This document shows positions 12,393-23,877 of a DNA stretch of 64,000 nt, one piece after another. Below the pieces are notes generated by a model. The model was not told the DNA's origin, searched no databases, and was given only the letters and a program-made list of their open reading frames with translations. The DNA is from Craspedostauros australis (lineage: Eukaryota), in NCBI GenBank assembly GCA_030167865.1, contig JALAGF010001633.1, positions 1-64,000 on the forward strand. Reading direction: 5' to 3'. The position numbers and the translations under genes were made by a program. How positions within the stretch are numbered: the first letter of the stretch is position 1; the number at the start of each line of letters is the position of its first letter.

Positions 12393-14402
12393 ATGTTCCC
12401 TCAGGCAACATCGCATGGGGTGAGTACGGAGAGAGTACTCTACTCGTATGCTATATATTGCCGCCTCACTATCGTTGATTTGATAGCAACACAAGCCCAC
12501 CGGACACACTCTACGAACACCGATTTACAAGTGCGGTGCTTCAATCCATTTGTTGGGGGCATGATCTTGCGGATTCATGCAGAGTACACACGCTTAATTC
12601 TTCTCACGCTTGTTCCTGCTCTTCCCCCTCAAATGGTAATCTCCAACAAATGCTTCGATGGCACCCGCAACGACACTTCTTTGCACTCCACTTCACTTCA
12701 CTTCACTCCACCACTTCACGCCTTCCAGAACATACTCACCTTCACTCCGCCAGGTTTCAAGCAGTCGCTCAATGTGAAGTTCCCAGATTCGCGGTTGGCC
12801 GTCTGTGAGAAGTGCAAGAAGAACTTCAAGACTAGGGACATGTGCAGGGTCCGGAACACTCACACGTCACCCCCGTGGACGACGGCCTTCATCTGCCTGA
12901 CCTTGGATGATTCATGCACTGATGAGGACGGCAAGTACGTGGAGGGACCCTTCACCGTCCGGATGGTGCAATGGCAACCATTCTGCGTCAAGGAACCCTT
13001 CGGTCCGAAGACCCCGGTCTGCGCCGCCTGCAAGAAGACCAACAGAACCCGGTCGTTCTGTCGCGAACGACACAAGCATTCCCAGCTGCCATGGTGCACC
13101 GTGTACGTGCTGCTCAGCGCATTGGAATCCGTCGATCCATCGACCGTCGTAGCAGCACCAAGCACGCCTGTGGCTGTTGAGAAAGGCACTGCAACCGATG
13201 CAAACGCGAGCACCGACAGCAAGCCTCCCGCTGCTGCAGCTGTTGCAGCAGTTGTAGATATCGTTGCACCTGCCGCCCCTGCGGATGATGCAACTCCCAA
13301 TCTAGAAGGCCAGCTGGACGAAACTGAACAAAATGGTGCCTCACTGAAGCTCCAAGACGATTCAGACAATGCAGTTCCGCACGTGGACGTACCAGCCATC
13401 GATGGTGCCGGACATGTGCAGCTGGCACCACAAGCAGATGCAACGCAAAAGCCCAAGGAAGCCCAAGGAGAAGTGGGGGATGACATCAATGCCATCGCGG
13501 AAAGTCGCACTTTCCTGGCGAAGGTTTCATGCAAGAGCATTTCGATTCACTGGCTGGATCTAGCGGAATATGAAGGTGCGGGAGAAGCCACGGCTGCCGT
13601 CATTCCACCAGACGCATCGTTGTACATAAACACACCGCTAACAGGGCCAGGGACATCAGCACCGCCCATGCCACCCCCCGATCCCAACCAGCATTACTAC
13701 AACCAAATGGGATATGCAGCGCAGCAGCATCAGCATGCACTCAAGAGTCACCAGCAGTACTTCTTCCACATGCAGCAACGCCAGCACCAACAGCACTACC
13801 ACCCACACCCACACGCACCGTGGCAGTACGGACATCACATGCCGCCACCTCCGCACATGCCTCCGCCTCCACATATGCAACCGCCACCGCATATGCAACC
13901 GCCGCCGCCGCAGCCACCGCAAACATCACCTGCGCCGGCATCCCCTCCACAAGAGCCGGCTGGTGGCACAGAGGATGGAGCGCCGCAGGGCAACGTAACC
14001 GCCGGTGAAGCCGCTGCTCAGCAACAGAAGCGTGCCAAGGGTATGGCAGAAAGCGGCGGAATGCCACCTCCAGCACACGGTCAGTATCCGCCGTTCCCCC
14101 ACCATCCGCCGCACATGCCACACCCACATGCGACCCCGCATCAGCAGTCTCAGCAATCGTGGATGCTGTACCAGCAAATGTATCAAGCCCAGCTTCCTCC
14201 TCCACCGCAGCACCCGAACTCTCATCAACATCCGATGTTCCAACCACCGGGCGGGATGGGCGGAAATCATGGACCCCCAGGGCCTTACGGCGAGGCGACA
14301 TCGCCACCCCTCCCGTCTCCGATCCCGCAACAGCCTAGTGCTAGCCCGGAGACACAGCAACCAACTGGTGCAACAGACCCAAAACGACAACGATTGGCGT
14401 AA
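12393..14402 (+). CDS. Uncharacterised protein with two tandem Cys3His-PW putative zinc-binding repeats and a Pro/Gln/His-rich low-complexity C-terminus; probable exons 12393-12419 and 12729-14402 (5' end uncertain)
   Basis: Long ORF with coding-like codon use from 12729. Repeats are VCEKCKKNFKTRDMCRVRNTHTSPPW and VCAACKKTNRTRSFCRERHKHSQLPW. The C-terminus PKRQRLA is NLS-like. There is a GTGAGT donor at 12420 and a pyrimidine-rich TTCCAG acceptor at 12728. Confidence 0.8.
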   Translation: MFPQATSHGVSTERVLYSYAIYCRLTIVDLIATQAHRTHSTNTDLQVRCFNPFVGGMILRIHAEYTRLILLTLVPALPPQMVISNKCFDGTRNDTSLHSTSLHFTPPLHAFQNILTFTPPGFKQSLNVKFPDSRLAVCEKCKKNFKTRDMCRVRNTHTSPPWTTAFICLTLDDSCTDEDGKYVEGPFTVRMVQWQPFCVKEPFGPKTPVCAACKKTNRTRSFCRERHKHSQLPWCTVYVLLSALESVDPSTVVAAPSTPVAVEKGTATDANASTDSKPPAAAAVAAVVDIVAPAAPADDATPNLEGQLDETEQNGASLKLQDDSDNAVPHVDVPAIDGAGHVQLAPQADATQKPKEAQGEVGDDINAIAESRTFLAKVSCKSISIHWLDLAEYEGAGEATAAVIPPDASLYINTPLTGPGTSAPPMPPPDPNQHYYNQMGYAAQQHQHALKSHQQYFFHMQQRQHQQHYHPHPHAPWQYGHHMPPPPHMPPPPHMQPPPHMQPPPPQPPQTSPAPASPPQEPAGGTEDGAPQGNVTAGEAAAQQQKRAKGMAESGGMPPPAHGQYPPFPHHPPHMPHPHATPHQQSQQSWMLYQQMYQAQLPPPPQHPNSHQHPMFQPPGGMGGNHGPPGPYGEATSPPLPSPIPQQPSASPETQQPTGATDPKRQRLA

Positions 14403-15252
14403 GTGAGTGGCCAGCATCAACTTCAGCACCGGCAGTGCAACGGGATGGAACGGAACGGAATGGAAATTGGTGATCGCCTTCATTGGCTTCACAATTGCTC
14501 CACCAAACTCTACTTACATACAACATGTACGAGTGTGCTCTGCAACATCAAACCCTTTGATGTCAAGTACTCGCACAAGTAGATTCGACAAGGCACAAAA
14601 TCAGCGAAAGGACGAATGGACGAATTGACGCACATACAAGCAATAGAACAACAAGAATCAGACGCATACAAGCAAGACACAACGCAGACAAAGCAGGGGC
14701 GCACTCGGGAACACATGAGATGCGCATGCTTTATGATTGACACCTCTTCTTCGTGGGGGAAGAACAAGCAACATCCGATCAAAGCAAACACGTAGTACAA
14801 GCTCAGACGGCGTACCAGCACGCAATCACACACACTCTAGCATAGGGTACGCACGTACATTCATAAAATACGAGAGGAACCTATGATGTTGCAAAGAACC
14901 CAGAAGCAAACCAACGGCGGGACGGTCTGGAGCAGAGGCTTCGGCTTTTTTGCACCATTCACCTCCAGGTCTGCCGTCGCTTGACAGCAACCATATCCTT
15001 CTGGTAATAGAGATGCTTGCTCGTCTGCCATGAAGCACCTGCCTGGACGTGGACGAGACTACGTGCTCTCTGACACTTTGTGCATCATGTGTACAACGGT
15101 AAACAAACATTACGGTCATACTCGTCGTAACGAAAGAGAAGAATCGGACAAGTATAGTCGCCTGTTGGCAACTGACCATAAGACCACCATGAAACTTATC
15201 TCATGTGTCCTTTGCAACGGACCTCTTTGTCGCTACGGAGAGACGACGAGTC

Positions 15253-17160
15253 CTACTTTCGCCGCAGGTAGCCAAACTGTTTCAATTGGGATTCATTCTT
15301 TCTCCAATCCTTGTCAACTTTGACTGTTTCGTGCCATCGAGTAAAGAGCAGAATCACATGGATGAACGCATAATATGTGCATGGGGAAGGCCGGATGTAT
15401 GTTGGGAGGTTGAGTAGATGAGCAGTGATCATCGAAGGAGCGATCAGCCGAAATAGACAAAAACACTGAATGAACACAGCATCACATGGGCGTGGTGACT
15501 CACCTTGCAGCTCAAGATACACCTTCATTTTCAGAAATTCCTCCAACTTTTCTCTCGCCTTGATCCCAACCGCCTTGATTTGACTCCCGTTCTTTCCAAC
15601 GACGATGATCTTCTGGCTATCACGTTCTACCAGCACATCGGCCTTGATCCGGATGACTGGGCGTTTGTCAGCTGGCGATGGTTCCTTGAATTGATTGATC
15701 CGAACCTCGCAGCAATACGGAAGCTCCTTTTTGAAGGTTTCGAACAATGCACCCCGGATGATCTCAGATGCGAAGAATCTGCACGTGAAGAGAAAAAGGC
15801 ACGTGAGGGTAGGCAAGACGCGAAGACAGAAGAGCAACATATGATAGGTTTGAGTGGAGGACAGTACTGGAATGCACGCAACGACGGAAGGGCGATGCAA
15901 GAAATGACGGCAATGTGCGCGTCGATGCCGAACGCGCGGTTCGAAACGTGATACAGCACCGCGAACTTACCGTTCCGGGCGGTCCGTCAGTACTTCCTCA
16001 TCGTACAATGGGGGACCGTTGGGCAACAAAGACTTGGCTGTGTCATCTGTCAAAAATTTGGCTTCCTGTCGAAACATCCCTGGAACTGGCCGTCCCATCT
16101 CTCGAATTGCGGCGGGCAGATCTGGTCCTCCCACCAACAACCGACGCAACGCCACAACTCCCTCGTTGGTGGGACCCTCCGATGCAGCGATCGGTAAGAT
16201 TGCGAGGGCACCTGGCAACAGTTGCCTCCATTTCGCCACCGCTTCTGGAACCGTCACCGTCTTGCATTCTTCACCTTCTTCTCCTTCCACGAAAGCCGAG
16301 TTGGGATTGACCCTGCCCACCAAATCAATCTTATTCACGATCACGATGGTCGGCTTACCACTCTTCTTCACCATCTCAAATATTTCATCATCCGGGATGG
16401 GTGTGCTGAATAGATCTGTGACCACAAGCAAAACATCGGCGTCGCGAAAGGCCGTCACTACGGCCTCCATCATGCCTTCCTGAAGCTTGTACGCCGGCTC
16501 ATCGATGATTCCGGGCGTGTCGAACAAACACACCTGGCACTCGGGAGTCGTCAGAACTCCCAGGATGGCATGGCGCGTCGTTTGCGGCCGTCGTGTGGCC
16601 ACGCACAGATCTTCTTGCAGCAAGGCATTGAGGAGCGTCGATTTGCCCATGTTGGGAGCACCGATGATGCTGACAAAGCCGCAACGGAAATCTGCGGAAC
16701 GGGAGGGCAGCCGACCTTCGTATTGCAATGAAGCTTGTTGCGGCTCGTCTTTTGTTGGCACCGGAGATGCTGCTTCTACTTTTGTTGTTGTGGGCGTGGC
16801 TTGTTCTTCCTCTCCTTCCTCCTCCTCCTCCTCCTCCTCTTGCTGCTGCTGCTGCTGTTCCATCGATTGACAGTACTCCAGGAGGTCCTGCTTGCGCTTC
16901 ATTCTTGTGAATAATCCACGCTCGTTCCATCCGTTCGTTTCGATGAATTCCTTGAGCTGTGGGATGGTCCATTCCTCAAAGTCGGTGGCTGATGTCTGAT
17001 GGAGTTGGGAAAGCAGGGACCTGCAGTTTGCGTGGCCGTCGATAGAACGACGATGATTTCTGATGATAGAACATTGGAACGCCGACGAGGGACGCTGATG
17101 CAGCGCCAAGAGACCGACGATAAATGCAAGACTGCGCATTCGAGGTAGATATCTCGTCAT
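15253..17160 (-). CDS. era: Plastid-targeted Era GTPase (ribosome small-subunit assembly); 3 exons: 17160-15971, 15778-15504, 15323-15253
   Basis: Motifs are G1 GFVSIIGAPNMGKSTLLN, G2 PQTTR, G3 DTPG, G4 NKID, and a KH domain (EIIRGALF...ELPY...VERDSQK.IVVGKNGSQIK.VG...VKVDKDWR). The signal peptide ends SSA-F. Both introns are GT-AG and in phase. Confidence 0.95.
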
Positions 17161-18176
17161 GTTGATATTGCTGTTGCGGGTAGTGTTGCGACGGTTTGGC
17201 GAAGCTGGGCGAAACGAAGGAAAGTAACGTCTGCTCGATTTGGATTGTTGTGGCAAGACTGGTGGGGCACGGCGGAGTGGATGTGTCCTGACGGGGGCTC
17301 TATCAGGTTCATGCGTTCTTTGGGGAGAGGTCATCGCCTTTTGTTCTGTTGTTTGATGTGGTTGTTCGATCTTTTGTTGGGTGGTGTGAAAAAGTGAGGA
17401 AATGTGGAAGGGTGAACAGACGGGCAGACTCCGCGAGATACGTTTTGGCGCCAACCTTAACCAACCTAGAGAGAGAGGAAGGTAGACAGCGGAATGTACA
17501 TAATACGATACGCGCAAGGTATGAAAGCCTTCTGTGGCACACGATTGCGTACGAGACAGAGAAGCTGAAGCTTGCTGAAGATGTCCGTCGCGCATTGGTT
17601 GATCCCTGTTGCAACAAACAGACTTCGTGTGGCAGTTCTATGTTGTGAAGCTGATATCACAGAACAGGTTGGAGAGCCTCATACGTACGGCCGTTCAACA
17701 CCGGCAGTTGGTACCCACAGTGGTCATTCAGAATAGCTCGGGATCCGATCAGCGTTGCACTATCAGATTACTCTGGTCCTACTATTATGTTGCGCTGCGC
17801 TGCATTGCACTGCTGTGATCTAGCTGGCTGCTCTGGTACATGTTTGTGCCACATGCATTGAAGGATGTCGACGTGTTGACATGTGGACAATTGTTGTTGA
17901 TCTGTTTGTTTTGTGTTGAAGTGAAGAGGGAATACTTCAATTCAATTCAATCCAATTCAATTCTGCTATGCTTTGGATGCATTCGCGAGGAGCATGATTG
18001 ACATCTCCAATCCACACATCTTGTGCATATCCATCCACGAGATTTCGTTTCTGCTGCCATCGGCTTCTTCCGATATTGCATCTTCTCCCACTTCGAGTTG
18101 ATGTGTTCCATTTCGGTTGAATTTCGGATGAACTACCAATACGGTCCATTTCGTTTCATACATCGCGGTTTCGCAT

Positions 18177-19296
18177 TTACATGGCCATCTCATCGTACAG
18201 CGGAATATCGGCAAGCTCGCTGAGGTTGTTCATGTAGTTTCTCAATTTGGTGGGCCACTCGACGCCGTCGACGATGGTGATGGATCGGAGGCGCGCCCAC
18301 AGATCGACGTCGTCCATGGAAAGGCCGCCGACCGTGCAGTAGTACTCGCAGGCGACCTTATCATCGAGCTGGATGAGCTTGGCGTTGAGCTCCTCGAGCA
18401 ACGGCGCCGGGTCGCTGTCCATGGCCTCGGCGTAAATTTTCAGCTTCTCCTCCATGGTCATGTCGCCCGTCTTCCATTCGGCCTTGTCGTAGGGTGGCAG
18501 CTGGTGGTTCTTGATGAAGGCGTGTCGTCCGTCGAGCTGCTGGAACTCGGGGAGGAGTCCGGTGGCGACGTAGCGTGGCCGTTGCAGGGTCCTCAAGAGG
18601 CTCTGGACGGATTTCTGCCAGTCCTTGAGGTCGGTTCTGCCGGAGGCCGGTGCGATAACGCCGGTGGGTCCGAAGCGCTCGTCGCCGTCGACGAAGTTGA
18701 CGATGTCCATGGATTCGGGCATGACCATGTTGTCCTCCGGGAATTGCTTTGGAGCGGAGTTGAGCGAAGTGATTTGGCAATGTGATTTGGCAATGTGATT
18801 TGCACGATGTTGTGGATGGAATGAACGCGTGGATGAATGGATGGAAGTGCAAACGACGATGTGAGAACGGTTGCAGCACACAATGCCAATGTAAAATGAA
18901 TGACGCGCAACAACGTGAATACCACAACAATGCCAGCAGCAATGCCAACTCCAACACCCATGATATAATACTTACGAAGATGGGCGAGATCTTCTTTCCA
19001 ACGAGAGCGGTGGGAGTGGGAATGTCATCGTTGGCAAGGAAATAGAGGTTGTGCTTGATGTTCTTCATGCCCAAAGCGAAACGGACGCGCACGCAGAAGG
19101 GGCAATGGTCGTAGACGTAGAGGGTTGGGAGCTGATCACGCACGACGCGCTCTGGCTTGACGAAGGCGGCCTGGGATAGGTCCGTGGACATGGACATCGC
19201 CGTTGTCATTTTGGATGTGCTTGCTGGTGTCCAGGCGTTGACGCCGGCGGCGGCCGATGCCACGAGGACGACGAAGGAGCTGGTGGAGATCTTCAT
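18177..19296 (-). CDS. grxB: Plastid-targeted glutaredoxin 2 (GrxB, GST-fold); 2 exons: 19296-18976, 18746-18177
   Basis: LYVYDHCPFCVRVR, LANDD..TP..LVGKK..PI and MPESMDIV match the bacterial Grx2/GrxB pattern, as does the C-terminal LSMDDVDLWARLRSITIV..VEWP.KLR.Y. The presequence MKISTSSFVVLVASAAAGVNA-W is bipartite. The intron is GTAAGT...AAG. Confidence 0.92.
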
Positions 19297-19513
19297 TTTT
19301 GCGATTCTATTATGTAGCGTCGGACTCTACTCTATTTCAATTTGGAGTGTTGTGTTGTGATGTGATGTGATGTGATGCGATGAGATCGATGTAAACTAAT
19401 GCGATTGGAAACGAGTCGGATCGGTTTGACTTGCTTTGACTTGCTTTGTGATGTTGGGGGTGGTGCAGAGTGGAGAAGCTTGTCGAGTTGGTGGAATTGC
19501 AAGTGCAGGGGTC

Positions 19514-19569
19514 CTTGACTTGACTCGGCTTGACTTGACTCGGCTTGACTTGACTCGGCTTGACTTGAC
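19514..19569. repeat. 15-bp tandem repeat (CTTGACTTGACTCGG)x3.7 between divergent grxB and RPH1-like genes
   Basis: Three perfect copies at 19514, 19529 and 19544, plus a partial copy. Confidence 0.92.
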
Positions 19570-20427
19570 GTGAGTTGTCTTCACTTGAATTGTTTTGCTT
19601 TGCTTTGACCTCACGGGACCCTTAGATTACTGCAGTGGCAGAGTGTTGGCAGCAACAGCAACGATGACAAACAAGAAAAGGACCGACACAGCCCTCTCGT
19701 AACAAACGTATCACTGTCGCAGTTGCACTTGGGAAGGCTGTCCACGGAGAGAAGTCACAAATCAGGAAGGGCGAAAGATCGTGAAGTAACGTTGTTCGTT
19801 CTGCTCCGTCACCGTCACCGCCACCATGCCATCACCATCGTCGTGTCGTTCAGCGTTGCGGCGTCAACAAGAACTTGCTCAGGTACGTCACTGCAACTCT
19901 CGTGGCAGCATCGGGAGTTACTTAGTTCCAAATGTTGTGTCAAGACGTTATACAAACGTTATATCTCGATTGAAGAAAGAGGACCAAAATCACAAGAAGA
20001 GGCGGAAAAATGGAGGCGCCGCGCTTCCGCCGATGGATGATGCGTCAAGATTGTCGCTAACCAACGGAGTCAGAACGCAATCACGAACATCCGCCCCCAC
20101 TCGATCGATGGAACGTTGTTGGCAGGTGTCACATTCCTCCATCCATACCATACTCCACACATACATAACATACAATATCATACTCACGGATAGTCTCTAT
20201 CTGTGTTTGTATTGCACCATCAATCGTATCATTGATCGAAGAACGAAGAAGATCCTTCGCGTTGAACCCAAAGGGGAGAGGCAGAGGCAGAAGCGAACGT
20301 ACAGCAGTGATCGCCGAGACCGGAAGCCTCCATAATTCATTTCACTTCACTTCACCTACCAATACCACTCTATCAGAAGTCGAGAGCAGCTGAGTGCAAC
20401 AACATCAGTGCAACAGAAGAAACGATC

Positions 20428-22161
20428 ATGATGACTATGGCATCCCTTCAGATGCTGGTCTGCGCGACGATTCTTTCGTCCGCCAACGTCCATGCCTTCT
20501 CGGTTCCAGCCACCTCGCTGCGTGCCACCCGTGTCATGCCACCAACCGCACTATTTGCCACAGACAACAAGGACAAGGAGGGCGTCTTCTCGCAGGATGT
20601 TCAGGACGAAGCCAAGGCTGCATTGGAATCGGTCGGTTGGGCACGTCCCGGAGCCGATGAGGAGATGACATCGGAAGATCCCTTTGTGCAGCAGATCAAT
20701 GCCGAAATTCGAAGGGATGTGGGCGTGGATTTGGATGAGCTCTTGAATCCAGCCAAAGTGAGTGCATTTTCGTCATTCATTTATATGCGATGCACCGTGG
20801 TGGTGCAGTATCAGCCAGTCACTTCATTCATGTTGAATGCATGCGGGCATGGGCTGGGATGGATCTTGTTCTGCGGAATACGCGTGGAGCCATCGGTCGT
20901 TTGCTTCATTTTTGTTGCCACGCCATGCTATGCTATGCCTTATCACACTTTCGCGTTCCATATTGTTTCGCTCACACAATTGCACATCCACACACATGGA
21001 TGCCCATATTCGAACTTTTCTCATTCCCAACTGATAGGTCGTCAACTTGGAACGTGATTTGTACAACTACCGTGTCGAACTCGCCTCTCTCACCGGCGCC
21101 ACAGTCGCCGATGGCATCAAATTGACCACCGAGATCTGCGATAATGGTGGAGGCGGCGAGGATGCCGATGCCCTGCGCAAGCGTATCCAAAAGAAGGAAA
21201 CTGACCTCTCCATCGAACGACGATCGGTCTTCCGAGGATGGTTGAAGAACATCTTCCTGGGACAGGCCGTGCTCAGCTTGGCCCTGTCTTATGTCATGGC
21301 CACCAACCCAGCGTCCTTGTTCGGACAGTTCCCTTGGTTCTATTCCTACAACATGTAAGTTCAACTTGTGCGCCCGTTGTGCTCCATCATTCATGATTGT
21401 TGTCTCACCCATCCTTTGTATTGGTACTCTCTATCACTTCCGTCACACAATAACCTCACGTGTCAACCTTCGTGATCTGATACCATGGTCAACTCGATCT
21501 CATTTTTCAGGGACATCTCCATCCAAGTCCTTGGATACTGGTGGTGGTGGCTGTTCATTGTTCCATCGCTGCGATCTCGCCGTCCTTCTGGAATGGAGAA
21601 GAAGGCGCTCGATATTGCCTTCCTCGCAACTCCACTTGTCTCCATCTTGGCGCCCGTCGCCACCAAAGACACGGCGCTTATTTGGGCTGGTACGTACATG
21701 TGGCGCTTGGATGGTACTTGTGCAATACCAATGCACCGTGCGATTGATTGGATGATTCATTTGTTTGTTTGTTTGATTGATTGATTGCTTCACTTGATTC
21801 GCTATTGATTGGCACTGTATGGTATGCAATGGTCCAGCCAGTTGGAAGAAAGAGTGTGTGTGTTTGAATGTTGCGTGACGCACACGAGGATTCACAAATC
21901 CATTCACTCACAACGGCTGCTGCACTATCGTTGCATCCATCTGCACCACTTTACTTCGCATACCATTGCACTCTGCTCGGATCACATCATGTCTGTCCAA
22001 CAGCCAACCTCGTGGTTGTGGCCGCAAGTTACGCATTTGCATTCGCGTCCGGCGATGACGATGATGAGGAATCCTCCTCTAAGAAGGATCCAGCGTGGTT
22101 GAAGTTCATCTACAAGTCCTTGGACTTTGGCAGCGGAAGAGAACGTGGTGCCCGCCAGTAG
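20428..22161 (+). CDS. Plastid-targeted multi-pass membrane protein, RPH1 (Resistance to Phytophthora 1)-like; 4 exons: 20428-20757, 21038-21354, 21511-21689, 22004-22161
   Basis: The signal peptide ends VHA-F. Three GT-AG introns join in frame. The C-terminal segment PSLRSRRPSGMEKKALDIAFLATPLVSILAPVATKDTALIWAANLVVVAASYA resembles, from memory, the conserved RPH1 membrane region (P.LR.R..S..EK.AL...F...PL.....P...K..AL.W.A.......YA). The gene model is firm; the family call is moderate. Confidence 0.75.
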
Positions 22162-22685
22162 AGTAAAATGAACTAGAGTACTCAACTCTATGCAGCTAAG
22201 AAAGAAGTTTCGTAGTGTAGAGTATTTGCTCTTGATCACCCATCGGTGAAGGTATGATAGTTGTGACTCAAATGCAGAAGGTTGCGTTGTGACAACACTC
22301 GTACGCAAGTAACACTGAAAGTGCGTGCCCATTCGCAGTATCACATTGGAAGCGCCGCACAACAGCACCAGCAACCGCGAATGTCTACTCTTGATAGTAT
22401 GCTTCCTGAAGAGAAAGCAACATGCACATGCGTAGACTGATGCATCTATTATGATATGCTATAGTAGAGTAGTCCATTCCATTTCGTGGCGGAAGTAAGA
22501 AGTGAAAAATGCAACAGAACCATAATAACCATTGCTGTCGGGTAGGCACAGGGGTGGCTGTCATTTGTGCAGATTCTTTTGCATGGGTGCAGACATGTGC
22601 ATAGGCACACATGGCATGTAGTATTCGTTCATGCATGCGTGCATGGATACGGGCGTGGATGGTTGTCCTTTGGTGGTGGAATAGT

Positions 22686-23877
22686 TTAGAGGTATGGGAA
22701 TCCGTGTCCAGTTGTGATGGATTGCGTGGCGATACCTCCAACAGCAATCATGGCCAATCTTCCATTCATGAGCTCTGCCTGACGCTTCTTGGCGAATCCC
22801 TCGTCGGTCTTTGGCATGGCCATGTACCATCCGAAGTCTGCGATCGGCACGGTGAGAAATGAGCACGGGCGTGGGGAATGTGGCAATAGAAAGTGAAGGG
22901 AAACGTAGCGATTTGTGAGTGACGGAAGGAGTCGAAGCTGAAGATGGTATTGTGCAAGAAAGAAAGACAGAACGACAGACAAGCTTCCGCATAGATAATA
23001 CACATGATGTGATGCAATTGTGTGACGGAAGCAAGATCAAGATGTAGATGACGTACCACCTGGCTCACGGTCTCCCTTGGCGGCGGCAGCAGCGGCTGGG
23101 GCGGTGATGATGAGGTCGAAGAGACCAATCCAGAGGGCGAGCTGGTACATTGGTCCGGTCTTGAGGAGAGCATCGTGGGCATCGATGGTCTTTGGGATGG
23201 CCTCGAAGGAGTACATCTCGCCTGGGATGCGGATGAAGTCGGTGGCGATGAAACCAACGACGGCCAGCATGGCGGTACGTCCGTGACGCAGCTCGCACTC
23301 ACGGAACCATGGGAGGAATGGCTCGTAAGTCTCGGAGAGCTTCAACTGTGGTTGGTTTAGTGGAGTATTAAGAGGTTGGGATTGCGAAAGGTGGCAAAGG
23401 AAGTGATGTGTGTGTGTGTGAGTGCAGACTGCCATCGATGTTGTGGCTGGTAGATCACGAACGAAACCGCAATGCCTATCCGGACACAACTACATCCCCA
23501 GCATCCCATGGCCAAAACCGTTCCGTTTGCTCCATCGTGAGATGGCTGGGAGTTCTCTGAGGATGTGTCGATCAATTTCCAATGGACGACGCTTCATCTG
23601 CCAACATGAATCGTTCTCTGCTCTTCGCTTCTGTCATATAATATTATACAATATAATAGGTCGTCGTATTATACTCCACTCCACTCCGCTGCAATGCATG
23701 TTGCCCCAAGAGGCTTGAACTCACAGGATCGTACTTGAATTCCTTGCCGCGGAAGTCGAAGGATCCGTCCATCTCATCCATGGCGGCCTGCATGGCAACC
23801 GATCGGCTGGATGGCTGAGTGCTGGTGAAAGCACTGGCGGCGGAGAAGAGGGTGAGGAGGGCGGCGGCGGTCTTCAT
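22686..23877 (-). CDS. Lhcr: Fucoxanthin-chlorophyll a/c light-harvesting protein, Lhcr-type; 3 exons: 23877-23725, 23345-23057, 22837-22686
   Basis: The presequence contains ASA-F. LHC helices WFRECELRHGRTAMLAVVG and AELMNGRLAMIAVGG are present, with C-terminus QSITTGHGFPY. Introns are in-phase GT-AG. Confidence 0.95.

Noticed and set aside
17161-17595. N-terminal 145 aa of the 542-aa Era ORF
   Set aside because: This lies upstream of the Met that begins the signal peptide (17160) and is probably open 5' UTR or promoter sequence.
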